DNA from: Myxococcales bacterium
GTDB taxonomy: Bacteria > Myxococcota_A > UBA9042
Assembly: GCA_037441385.1 (NCBI GenBank)
Contig: JBBISH010000080.1
Span: 1-31,536 of the forward strand
Reading direction: 5' to 3'
Length of the DNA: 31,536 bases
Position numbers and translations under genes: made by a program. This document shows positions 16,744 to 25,433 of this stretch, piece by piece (positions within the stretch are counted from its first letter, which is position 1; every line of letters starts with the position of its first letter). The notes under the pieces are model-generated. The model made no database searches and was not told the DNA's origin. It was given only the letters and a program-made list of their open reading frames with translations.

Positions 16744-18471
16744 ATGGTGACCGCCGTCATGCAGTTCAACACCGCGAACCAGACGCTGCGGCAGCTACTC
16801 GGCAACGGGCTCACCTACCGAGTACCGCCGTTCCAGCGCGACTATTCGTGGGACCAAGAGCAGTGGGAAGAACTGTGGCAGGATATCCTGCAAATCTCTG
16901 CTCCTACCGCCGCGGGTTCGGCGCCAAGTGCGCATTACTTGGGCTACGTGGTTCTGCAGAGTGTCGATAGCAAACAGTTCGACGTGATCGACGGGCAGCA
17001 GCGCCTGGCGACCCTCACCTTGGTGTTTCTGGCTGGCATCGAGCTGCTCGAACAGATGGTCCGGCAAGGGGTTGAGGCCGACGCCAACCGGCAGCGTGCT
17101 GTAGCCCTGCGCGCTACGTACGTCGGTTTCCTTGACCCTGTCACGCTTCTCAGCCGCAACAAGCTGACCCTCAACCGCAACGACAAGTATTTCTTCGAGA
17201 CCTATCTCGCGCCGCTGCAAGCTCCTCCGCGCGGCCGCAGCTTGGCCCCGTCGAACCGGCTGCTGCTGCAAGCCTACACTTGGCTCAGCAAGCAGCTGCA
17301 AAGCCACTTGGCCGGCGCAACCGGTGCTGCTGTGGCGCAGTTGCTGGCCGACATGGCCGACCGCCTGTTCTTCACGGTGATTTCGGTTGCCGACGAGCTC
17401 AACGCGTTTACGGTCTTTGAGACCCTGAACTCGCGCGGCGTCCGACTGTCGTCGACCGACCTGCTCAAGAACTACCTGTTCTCTCTGGTCTCGCGCCACG
17501 GCGCCGACGACCGCGAGCTCAACCAGCTCGAAATCCAGTGGCAGGCCATTCTCGACAAGCTCGGCGACGAGGACTTTCCCAACTATCTGCGCGTCTGGTG
17601 GAACGGCAGGCACCCCCTGGCGCGTCAGAGTGAGTTATTCAAAGAAGTTCGGAAACATACCACGGAGCGGGGCGAGGTCTTTGAGCTCCTGCGCGCTCTG
17701 GACCGCATGGCCGGCGTGTACGTCGCTCTGGGCAAGCCCGAATCCGAACTGTGGACCCACAGCCAGCGCGAGGCCCTTGAGCAGTTGAAAATGTTCGGGG
17801 TCAAGCAGCCCTTCGTGTTGCTGCTTGCTGCCTACGAGCAGCTTGGGCACGATGATTTTGCCCGATTGGCCGAGGCCTGCGCGGTGTTGAGCTTTCGCTA
17901 CAACGTAATCGGCGGCCTGCATACCGGCGAGCAAGAGAAGGTCTACCACGACCTAGCTGTGCGCATCAGTACCGCATCCGATTGGCGCCTGCACGACATC
18001 TTGGTCGACTTGGCCGCGCTCGCGCCTAAGGACGATCAATTTCGCTCCAACTTCGCACAAGTTCAGCTCCGCACGACCAGCCCACGCAACAAGCGAATTG
18101 CACGGTATATTTGCGCGCGCTTGCAGCATCACTTGGGTGGTGCACTGGTCGACCCCGACGACGGCACGTACACCCTCGAACATATTTTGCCTGAGAACCC
18201 GGATCCCGACGCCTGGCCCGACATCGACCCCGACGAAGCGCGTCAATGGTGCTACCGGCTTGGCAATTACACGCTGCTCGAGTCCTCCAAGAACCAATCG
18301 GCCGCCAATCGCAGCTGGGCCGAGAAGCGACCGATCTTTGGGCAAAGTGCCGTCGGTTTGACCCAGGGCGTGGCCGAGCGGTATGTCGAAGCATGGGGAC
18401 CGGTGCAGATCGACAAGCGCCAGAAGTACTTGGCGCAGCAGGCCGTTGCGGCTTGGCGACTTGTGGTTTAG
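16744..18471 (+). CDS. DUF262-DUF1524 protein (GmrSD/SspE-like NTPase-HNH nuclease)
   Basis: PPFQRDYSW, IDGQQRL and FETLNSRG are DUF262 motifs. LEHILPE...LGNYTLL...N is the HNH/DUF1524 motif. Confidence 0.9.
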   Translation: MVTAVMQFNTANQTLRQLLGNGLTYRVPPFQRDYSWDQEQWEELWQDILQISAPTAAGSAPSAHYLGYVVLQSVDSKQFDVIDGQQRLATLTLVFLAGIELLEQMVRQGVEADANRQRAVALRATYVGFLDPVTLLSRNKLTLNRNDKYFFETYLAPLQAPPRGRSLAPSNRLLLQAYTWLSKQLQSHLAGATGAAVAQLLADMADRLFFTVISVADELNAFTVFETLNSRGVRLSSTDLLKNYLFSLVSRHGADDRELNQLEIQWQAILDKLGDEDFPNYLRVWWNGRHPLARQSELFKEVRKHTTERGEVFELLRALDRMAGVYVALGKPESELWTHSQREALEQLKMFGVKQPFVLLLAAYEQLGHDDFARLAEACAVLSFRYNVIGGLHTGEQEKVYHDLAVRISTASDWRLHDILVDLAALAPKDDQFRSNFAQVQLRTTSPRNKRIARYICARLQHHLGGALVDPDDGTYTLEHILPENPDPDAWPDIDPDEARQWCYRLGNYTLLESSKNQSAANRSWAEKRPIFGQSAVGLTQGVAERYVEAWGPVQIDKRQKYLAQQAVAAWRLVV

Positions 18472-18964
18472 TGGTGGCCGTCCCGGTACGCCGCCTTTGC
18501 GGACCGCGGCTGGTCGGTGGCCGTTGGCGGCAGCTCGTTCCGCTTGGCTTGCTGCAGGGATCGGCGCTGACCTGGGCATCGCCCTGTGTGGCCAAGCCAG
18601 GCATGGCCGACATGATGGACACCGCGTTCCAGACAGCCGGTCGGGCCATGGGGCTCGCGTCCTTGGCGCCGCTCTTGTTGTGATATTTGTTGCCGTATCC
18701 ATCGAAGCTGGCCGTTTGTCGGCGGCGCGTTGGCTCAGTCGCGCATTGGCGGCGGCGGCGCTGGCGGTGGTCGCTGGCCTGGTCTGCTTGGCGGTTGCGC
18801 CAGGCTTGCTGTTGGCGGTGGCACCAATCTACCTGGTTGGCATGCCGGGCATGCCCACGCTGGCGATCGGCACGGTCAAGTGGCCCCGGGTCCGTCTCGC
18901 GCTTTGGGCGGCGTTGGTTGCCCTGTGGTCGCTCCTTGCGTTCTGGCTGCTGCGCATCGGGTAG
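18471..18964 (+). pseudogene. Small membrane protein, apparently frameshifted near 18660
   Basis: A GTG overlapping the DUF262 stop opens a signal-like frame that ends at 18683. The multi-TM part (LGAALVVIFVAV...LLAFWLLRIG) is in another frame ending at 18964. Confidence 0.35.
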
Positions 18965-18987
18965 CGGTTGTTCCGGGGGGCATCCGA

Positions 18988-19198
18988 TTGGGGGGCAATT
19001 TCTACTGCGCGAGATTATTCGGATCTGGGCGCCTCGCCGCTGCCGCGGCGACCCGGCCACGACTTTGGGCGAAGAAGGATTCCGGTTGGAATCGCGGGCT
19101 CCTGCGCCCAAAGCGGCGCGCGGCGCCGCCCTTCGGGTTCGTGTCCGTGGCGCGGCACCGCCGTGGCCGGCGGTGGGGCCAGAACGGGAGACGGAGCC
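18988..19198. repeat. ~200-bp structured intergenic repeat, copy 4
   Basis: Begins ~24 bp after the membrane-protein stop. Near-identical to copies 2 and 3. Confidence 0.95.
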
Positions 19199-19222
19199 AC
19201 GTCCGGGGCCCGCGACGGGCGC

Positions 19223-19263
19223 TATTGGAACTTTTGGTTCCAATACGCGGGAAATAGATTTCG
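19223..19263. promoter_or_regulatory. Palindrome plus GAAATAGATTTCG motif, module 4
   Basis: TATTGGAACT-TTT-GGTTCCAATA followed by CGCGGGAAATAGATTTCG. Confidence 0.7.
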
Positions 19264-19279
19264 CCCGGCCTACCAACCG

Positions 19280-19831
19280 CTAATCCATCGCCGCGTTTCG
19301 TCCCTGCTGCTCCGCCTGCTCGACCTCGACCGCCGTGCGAAACGCATCCAGCCACGCCACCTGCCCCTCGGGCTCGACCTGTTGGAGTAACCTGACCACC
19401 GCTCGCACCGCCTCGGTGTACGGCTCGCGTTGCTTGCGCGGCGGTTTGTCGGTCGGTTGGCCCGCCTGGAGGTGCTTGGCCTCGGCGACCACCTTGGTCA
19501 TGGGGCGGTCCAGCGCGGCCACCGGCATCTGTTGGGCCATGGCGGTGACCACTTGGGCCGTGGTGCAGTAGCGGCGCACCTGGCGGACGTCGATGCCCAG
19601 GCGCTCGGCGTGCGCGGCCTCCCAGGCGGTAACGCCGCTGCGGGCCTTGGGTTTGCTGGCCAGGAGCGTTTGGCCCAGCTTGATGCGGTAGGCGTTGGCG
19701 TGGATCTGCGCGGTTTGGGCGGTGGTCGAGAGGGAGGAGAGGTAGGATTCGGGGGGTTGGTCTGGGGCTGGGTCGGGGAGCTGGTTGAGGAGGTCGTGGA
19801 TGGTTTGGGCGGGGGTGGGTTCGGTGGACAT
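19280..19831 (-). CDS. Repeated HTH-containing protein (DUF3102-like), second full copy
   Basis: AAGGA RBS, start MSTEPT at 19831. Differs from the 15704 copy at 8 residues after the QTI motif. Confidence 0.75.
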   Translation of the reverse strand: MSTEPTPAQTIHDLLNQLPDPAPDQPPESYLSSLSTTAQTAQIHANAYRIKLGQTLLASKPKARSGVTAWEAAHAERLGIDVRQVRRYCTTAQVVTAMAQQMPVAALDRPMTKVVAEAKHLQAGQPTDKPPRKQREPYTEAVRAVVRLLQQVEPEGQVAWLDAFRTAVEVEQAEQQGRNAAMD

Positions 19832-19995
19832 GCTCGTGGTCCTTGGCGCCGCGGGGCGGCACACGTTGGAGCTATGTTCCCAACTTGGCTGTGGTTGTCA
19901 ATGACATATTACCTGAAATATGAAAGTAACTACTCCTTGCCGATGCCCTTCGGACGGGCTAACCTGCAACACCTCCGGAACATGGGGCCCCAGCG

Positions 19996-22900
19996 ATGCA
20001 GCCAATGAATCGTCGTGAATTCGAAGTCGCACTTTCCTTTCCAGGGGAAGAGCGCAGATTTGTGTCGAAACTTGCCAAGCATCTGGCTGACCAACTCGGA
20101 GAGCAGCGCGTGCTTTACGACAAGTTCCACATGGGCCGATTCGCTGCCCTGGACCTTGACGCCACCTTGCCCAACCTATACCGAACCGAATCGGAACTCG
20201 TAGTAATACTGCTCTGCCCCGACTACACGAAGAAACGCTGGTGCGGCCTTGAGTGGCGCGCCATCAAGCAGATCATTGCAACTCCTGAGCAAAAGCGGAT
20301 CTTGCTCTTGAAACGTGGCGATCCAGGCGATCTGAGTGCTCTCGGGATCTACCAAGGGGATGGTTGGCTGGAAACCAAGGGCAAGACAACGGGCGCGCTG
20401 GCAAAGATAATTCTTGATGAACTCGCGCGCCGCACCGGCTGGTCGCGTCCGCGCGTCGATGCCACGGTGTCCGTTCGGCGGCCGCCAGTGCTGGTTTTGC
20501 CGGAGCCTGAGGAATCCGACGTAAAAGATAGGGGTTGGCAGCTTGAGCCGGGCGTCCGCCGCAGTGTCGTAGGCCTGTCGGGCTTGGTTTCCTTTTCTGA
20601 CCTAGAAAGTGTGAGTTGCGTCGTTGCCATTGGCGAGCCAGGTATCGGAAAAAGCAAGGGCATGCAGCAAGAATTTCAGGCTGCACGCAGCCGACACGCG
20701 GGCGAACCATCCCACTTCGTCTTTGGTCGTGACCTGCGGGTGTATCGTGACGAGGGCAGGTTTGTGGCGGAGATCTTTGAGTCGGAGGGGTGGAGGAAAT
20801 GGTCGGCCGGCGAAGCGTGGCTCTCACTCTACCTCGACAGCCTGGACGAATGCCGTTTGGGCACGCCATTTGTCACAGACCTCCTCACGCACCAACTGGA
20901 ACTGAATCGGAGACACCTTGGAAAGCTCCGGCTCCGTGTCGCTTGTCGGACCGCCGACCTCCCGCGACAAATTGCAGATACCTGGTGCAGCGACCTGTTC
21001 AAGAGCGCCGGATTTCAAGTCGTTCGCGTTCCACCCCTGAGTGATAGCGAGGTAAGAACTATCTTGGTAGGGACTGGTGTCGACGCCGATGACCTGACCA
21101 GGCGCGTAACAGCCTTGGGGGCGGCAGACCTGCTGCGGCGGCCCATCACGTTGAACATGTTGGCGAAGGCCTTTCAGCAGGAGCATCCGCCGACGACGCT
21201 GACGGCGATCTACGAGCAAGGTTGCCTTGCACTCGCCGACGAGTGGAGCCAGGCGCGGAAGGATGAAGCCCGACTTATGTCTGGGTATCTTTCGGCTCAA
21301 GCGAAGTTGGCTATCGACACTCACGCCGCAGCTCTATTGATCCTTTCGAATCGTCGGTTTATGGGTGACCGCGAGTTCGAGCACGCGGAGGACAGCATTC
21401 CTGTAGCAGATGTAGCCACTGGCGCTCCGGTGCCCGCGGGTGCCACCGCTGACCGGCTGGGCGCAGTTCGCGACTGCCTCAAGATGGCCTTGTTTTCCAT
21501 GCCAGATCCAACGCAGGACCTGACGGAGTTCGCGCACCGTACCTACTGCGAGTTCCTGGCAAGCCGGCACCCGAATCGCGAGGCATTGATCTCCTTGCTC
21601 AAAACCGACGGCGAGTCCGGAGCGCGCATCGTGCCGCAACTTGCGGAAGTTGCGGCTTGGCTTGCTTGCAACGACGAGGAGTTTCGCCGCTTCGTGCTGT
21701 CGACGCAGCCTCAACTGTTGCTCAGCAGTGATGTCGTACGGTCCGATGAGCTAGGCAAGGCCGACGTTGCAGAAGCGCTAATAGGGGCCGTCGACGACAA
21801 GAAAGTCGCGCTGAACGAGGTACTGTACCTCGACGGATTTCCCGATTTGAAGTCCGACCGCGTTGCCGGGCTCGTTGGCTGCTGGATTCAAGACAACAAT
21901 CGCACACTTGAGGCCAGACTGCTCGCTTGCACTATTGCCCATGAGGCCAAGCTACTGGCCACGGCAGATGGTCTATATGCTGTCCTTGCCGACAAAGACC
22001 AGGATCTCCGGCTTCGAGTTGCCGCCGCGCGTACCATCGCCGGCTTGGGCGATGTGAGGGTCAACAGGCTGCGGCCGTTTGCCGAAGGACTTCCAGAAGA
22101 CGCCAACGACGAAATCAAGGGGTATGCGCTCAGCGCGCTCTTCCCTGCGGACATCCCTCCAACGGAACTGTTTGGATACATTTCCCCCCCAAAAAACGAC
22201 AGCTTTTACGGGGCGTACATGGCGTTCCTACATGGCCGCATGCAAAGCATCGACGTTGCGCTTGTGGTGCCGGGGCTGCGGTGGTGCCTTGGGGTGAACC
22301 GGAGCGCCCACGATTTCGGTGCAGTCATCGACCTTGCGGACGCGATAGTACGCAAAGCCTGGACGTCATTGGCAGATCCGGAAGTCGTTTCGTTGCTTGC
22401 CCAGCTTGCCGTAACCTGGGCCGGTAACTACGAATCCATACTCCCTGTGCCAGCAAAGTCTTGGGTTCACATCACGGATCAAGACGCGGTTGGCGGCGAG
22501 CTATCCGACCAGGCTCGTCGAGCGGTGATCTTCGACATGCTGGCCCACGGTCGAGCAACACGAGAACTATGGGACAATATTGTGTTTTCGCAGCATCCCC
22601 TGGCGTTGGGTAAAGACGCGGCGTGGCTGCTCGGACTCAAGAAGCAACTCCCAAGCGAGCAGCACCCAATCTGGGCCACGCTTACCGAGACTCTATTTCG
22701 CGTCCCCGGGCAGAACTACTTCGACCTAGTTGCAGAGCACCTTGCCGAAATTCTTGACGACCTTGATCTTAAGTGTGCGTTTTCAAAAGTTTTGGAGCCT
22801 GTCGCCCTCGCCGGTCCCGAAGCCGCATCGGCGCGGGCCATGTTGCAGAGTGATGCGGAGTGGCGCAGGCAGAGCGAAATACGAAAGCAAGAGGAAGATG

Positions 22901-24096
22901 AGCGGAAACTGAAAGAGGACCCTCGAACACGGGTGCTTCGCTTTCTGGAAGAGGCCGAAGGCGATCAGGTAAACGGCTGGTGGAAGGTCTGGCTGCAACT
23001 AACCCTGACCCCTGACAGCACGCGGTACGGTAACCCGCTCCACACGATCGTGACGGCGATGCCTGGGTGGCGCGACGCTGGCCCGGATACCAGAGAGCGA
23101 CTGGTCGCACTTGCGGCCAGGTACTTAGAGACAGGAAGTCCTAGCTTTTCGGAGTGGTTTGGAAAGTCAACGATCCACTACCCGGCTTCAGCCGGTTACG
23201 CCGCGTTTGGTCTGTTGTTCGAGGCTGCGTCACCGCAGTATCAGGCAATTCCTTCGGGGATCTGGCAGAAGTGGGCAAAAACGATCGTCGCGGTGCCGGT
23301 AGACGGCGAAGCTGAGAGGTCGCTCCATGCAATGCTTGTCGCCGACGCTTACGCTGAAGCGCCAGAGGAGGTCCTAGACACTCTACTTGAGCTCATACTC
23401 GAGGAAAACAGAACCCATGGCCACATCTTCAGCCACACCCTAGTCGCTGCTTGCTGGGATGAGCGAATTCGTCTGTTCTTCCAGAACCTTCTCACTACTC
23501 CCGAAATGAAGCCTACGCCCGTAGGCATAGTAGCTGAGGTTCTCCTTGGGCGTGACGACAATGCAAGCCTCGGCTGGGCGTGCGATACCGTATCCGATGA
23601 AAACGCGCCTAGTGACCTTCGAATTGCCGTTGCCCGTGCCCTCATGACCAAAGCCCACGGCGCGAGTTGGGGGCGCCTCGCGCCGATCCTATGGGCGGAC
23701 CATGACCTTGCGCGCTCAGTGTTTTCGGCAGTTGCCAACTCCGCAGGATTCCTCCGGGCCTGGCCAGAGCAAGTGGACGTGGCGCGCGACGGTGCAGTTT
23801 TGACGCTGATGATCCAGGTCTTTCCGTACGCGAACGATGTTCGCCCACTGGGAGCACATACCGTTGGCCTACAAGAGCAGGCCCAGGAGATTCGCGACTC
23901 CCTCTTGCGTCGAATCGCCGGTCTGGGCACACACGCGGCTGCAGATTTCATGTCGCAGCTTGCTGTCGAACATCCCGACCTCCACTGGCTCCGAGACAGG
24001 GCACTCGAAGCCAGAACACTGGCGGAACGGAAGTCGTGGAGTCCCAAATCGCCTAAGGAGGTAGCAGCAATTCTGGCAAACAGGAACCGTCAATGA
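19996..24096 (+). CDS. TIR - STAND (NACHT-like) NTPase - helical repeat protein, putative defence sensor/effector
   Basis: N-terminal TIR (FEVALSFPGE, WCGLEW with catalytic-type Glu), Walker A GEPGIGKS (20632-20655), Walker B LYLDSLDE, FAHRTYCEFLAS winged-helix motif and a long alpha-helical C-terminus. Visibly lower GC than the flanks. Confidence 0.85.
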   Translation: MQPMNRREFEVALSFPGEERRFVSKLAKHLADQLGEQRVLYDKFHMGRFAALDLDATLPNLYRTESELVVILLCPDYTKKRWCGLEWRAIKQIIATPEQKRILLLKRGDPGDLSALGIYQGDGWLETKGKTTGALAKIILDELARRTGWSRPRVDATVSVRRPPVLVLPEPEESDVKDRGWQLEPGVRRSVVGLSGLVSFSDLESVSCVVAIGEPGIGKSKGMQQEFQAARSRHAGEPSHFVFGRDLRVYRDEGRFVAEIFESEGWRKWSAGEAWLSLYLDSLDECRLGTPFVTDLLTHQLELNRRHLGKLRLRVACRTADLPRQIADTWCSDLFKSAGFQVVRVPPLSDSEVRTILVGTGVDADDLTRRVTALGAADLLRRPITLNMLAKAFQQEHPPTTLTAIYEQGCLALADEWSQARKDEARLMSGYLSAQAKLAIDTHAAALLILSNRRFMGDREFEHAEDSIPVADVATGAPVPAGATADRLGAVRDCLKMALFSMPDPTQDLTEFAHRTYCEFLASRHPNREALISLLKTDGESGARIVPQLAEVAAWLACNDEEFRRFVLSTQPQLLLSSDVVRSDELGKADVAEALIGAVDDKKVALNEVLYLDGFPDLKSDRVAGLVGCWIQDNNRTLEARLLACTIAHEAKLLATADGLYAVLADKDQDLRLRVAAARTIAGLGDVRVNRLRPFAEGLPEDANDEIKGYALSALFPADIPPTELFGYISPPKNDSFYGAYMAFLHGRMQSIDVALVVPGLRWCLGVNRSAHDFGAVIDLADAIVRKAWTSLADPEVVSLLAQLAVTWAGNYESILPVPAKSWVHITDQDAVGGELSDQARRAVIFDMLAHGRATRELWDNIVFSQHPLALGKDAAWLLGLKKQLPSEQHPIWATLTETLFRVPGQNYFDLVAEHLAEILDDLDLKCAFSKVLEPVALAGPEAASARAMLQSDAEWRRQSEIRKQEEDERKLKEDPRTRVLRFLEEAEGDQVNGWWKVWLQLTLTPDSTRYGNPLHTIVTAMPGWRDAGPDTRERLVALAARYLETGSPSFSEWFGKSTIHYPASAGYAAFGLLFEAASPQYQAIPSGIWQKWAKTIVAVPVDGEAERSLHAMLVADAYAEAPEEVLDTLLELILEENRTHGHIFSHTLVAACWDERIRLFFQNLLTTPEMKPTPVGIVAEVLLGRDDNASLGWACDTVSDENAPSDLRIAVARALMTKAHGASWGRLAPILWADHDLARSVFSAVANSAGFLRAWPEQVDVARDGAVLTLMIQVFPYANDVRPLGAHTVGLQEQAQEIRDSLLRRIAGLGTHAAADFMSQLAVEHPDLHWLRDRALEARTLAERKSWSPKSPKEVAAILANRNRQ

Positions 24097-25349
24097 GTGA
24101 CTTCCCGGCTTTGCCCGACATCAATAGCGATCAGGTCTCGGTCTCTGTACCAAATCCAAAACCATTGGACATCCTCGTGTTCGCCACGGAGTGGGCGCCG
24201 AGGCACGGCGGGCTGTCGACGCTAAATCAGAAGCTCTGCGTTGCACTAGCCGCCACTGGCCGCTGCCGGGTAGTCTGCTACATTCCCCCGGAGAGTGGGG
24301 AAACCCCGCGCGAAGATCGCGGTGTCCTACTGCTTCCCGCAAGGGCGGTGCCTGGCTTCCCGGCCAGCGACACGGCCCTTCTGCTGCGTCGTCCCGGGTT
24401 CGCTACCTTGCCGCGCTTCCAGGACTTTGCGCCAGATTTCGTTGTCGGTCACGATGACAAGACTGGGCCACATGCTTTGGCGGCGTGTCAGGACCACTTC
24501 CCAAGCGCCAAGCGGGTCCAGTTTGTGCATACGGAGGTCTATCCACTCCAAGGCGCAAAGACTCACTCGTCAGGCCAATTGACAAGTGCCAAGGCGTGTT
24601 TGGCCTCGGACCTCGTGAGAGAGGCTGACCTCGCCGTTGGCGTAGGTCCGCTGCTGGCCGAGGTGGCCTTTGGATACGGCGCCAAGCGCGAGCTTGCGTA
24701 TCAGCTGGATCCGGGGTTTGAGCTGTCGACTTGCGAGGTGCCACTTGCAGCGAACACCCAGCGGCGACTGAATGTTCTGGTCATTGGCCGGACGAAGGAC
24801 CCAGAGGTCAAGGGCCTTGAGCGCGCCTGCGTTGTACTTGCCGACGTGGCTGCCTACGTGCAGCACGAGGTCAATCTAATAATTCGTGGGTCAGATGATC
24901 AAAGTCAAAAGCACCTCAGCAAGCTCGCAAGAACATGGAATCGGAAGTGCCCGAACTTGAAGATTCAACCGCGTGAATTCACAGTTGAAAAGCGCGAGTT
25001 GGCGCAAGACTGGCGGGCTGCTCACCTTCTTATCGCGCCTTCTACCGTGGAAGGATTTGGGCTGGTTGCGCTTGAGGCTGCTGAGCGCGGAGTGCCCTTT
25101 CTAATTTCGAACCCATCCGGCTTCGCAAAGTGGCTCAACAGCTTGGATTCCTCTGCGTTCGACCGCCACGTGATCAATCCGCCGGGCGACGAGGAGGCTC
25201 TTCACGACGCATGGGTTGATCGAATCACCAGAATCTATCGCGACCCGGAAGGGGCCCGCCGCGAGTGCAGGAAAACCCAGGGCCTACTAGCGCCATACAC
25301 CTGGGAGCGGGCCGCGAACCAGTTGCTGGACAGGCTCGCCAGACTGTGA
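24093..25349 (+). CDS. GT4-type (GT-B) glycosyltransferase resembling the conflict-associated clade
   Basis: ATGA overlap with the TIR-STAND gene. ATEWAPRHGGLSTLN N-terminal motif, GR...KG, and Ex7E motif EGFGLVALE. Confidence 0.8.
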   Translation: MSDFPALPDINSDQVSVSVPNPKPLDILVFATEWAPRHGGLSTLNQKLCVALAATGRCRVVCYIPPESGETPREDRGVLLLPARAVPGFPASDTALLLRRPGFATLPRFQDFAPDFVVGHDDKTGPHALAACQDHFPSAKRVQFVHTEVYPLQGAKTHSSGQLTSAKACLASDLVREADLAVGVGPLLAEVAFGYGAKRELAYQLDPGFELSTCEVPLAANTQRRLNVLVIGRTKDPEVKGLERACVVLADVAAYVQHEVNLIIRGSDDQSQKHLSKLARTWNRKCPNLKIQPREFTVEKRELAQDWRAAHLLIAPSTVEGFGLVALEAAERGVPFLISNPSGFAKWLNSLDSSAFDRHVINPPGDEEALHDAWVDRITRIYRDPEGARRECRKTQGLLAPYTWERAANQLLDRLARL

Positions 25350-25433
25350 CCGTCGCCCACCGGCCGCAGACAAGCGCCAACTCGGGCCCCCCGGCCATTC
25401 CTGGCGCGAGTTCACTCGCCAACCTACCACCCC

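Noticed and set aside
11190..19006. AATTTCTACT in the repeat heads resembles the Cas12a direct-repeat handle
   Set aside because: There is no complementary GTAGAT arm, no regular repeat-spacer period and no cas gene. Not a CRISPR array.
18988..19198. Repeat as a tRNA/tmRNA fragment or integron attC site
   Set aside because: No T-loop or anticodon arm on either strand, no RYYYAAC/GTTRRRY box pair, and no integron integrase in the window.
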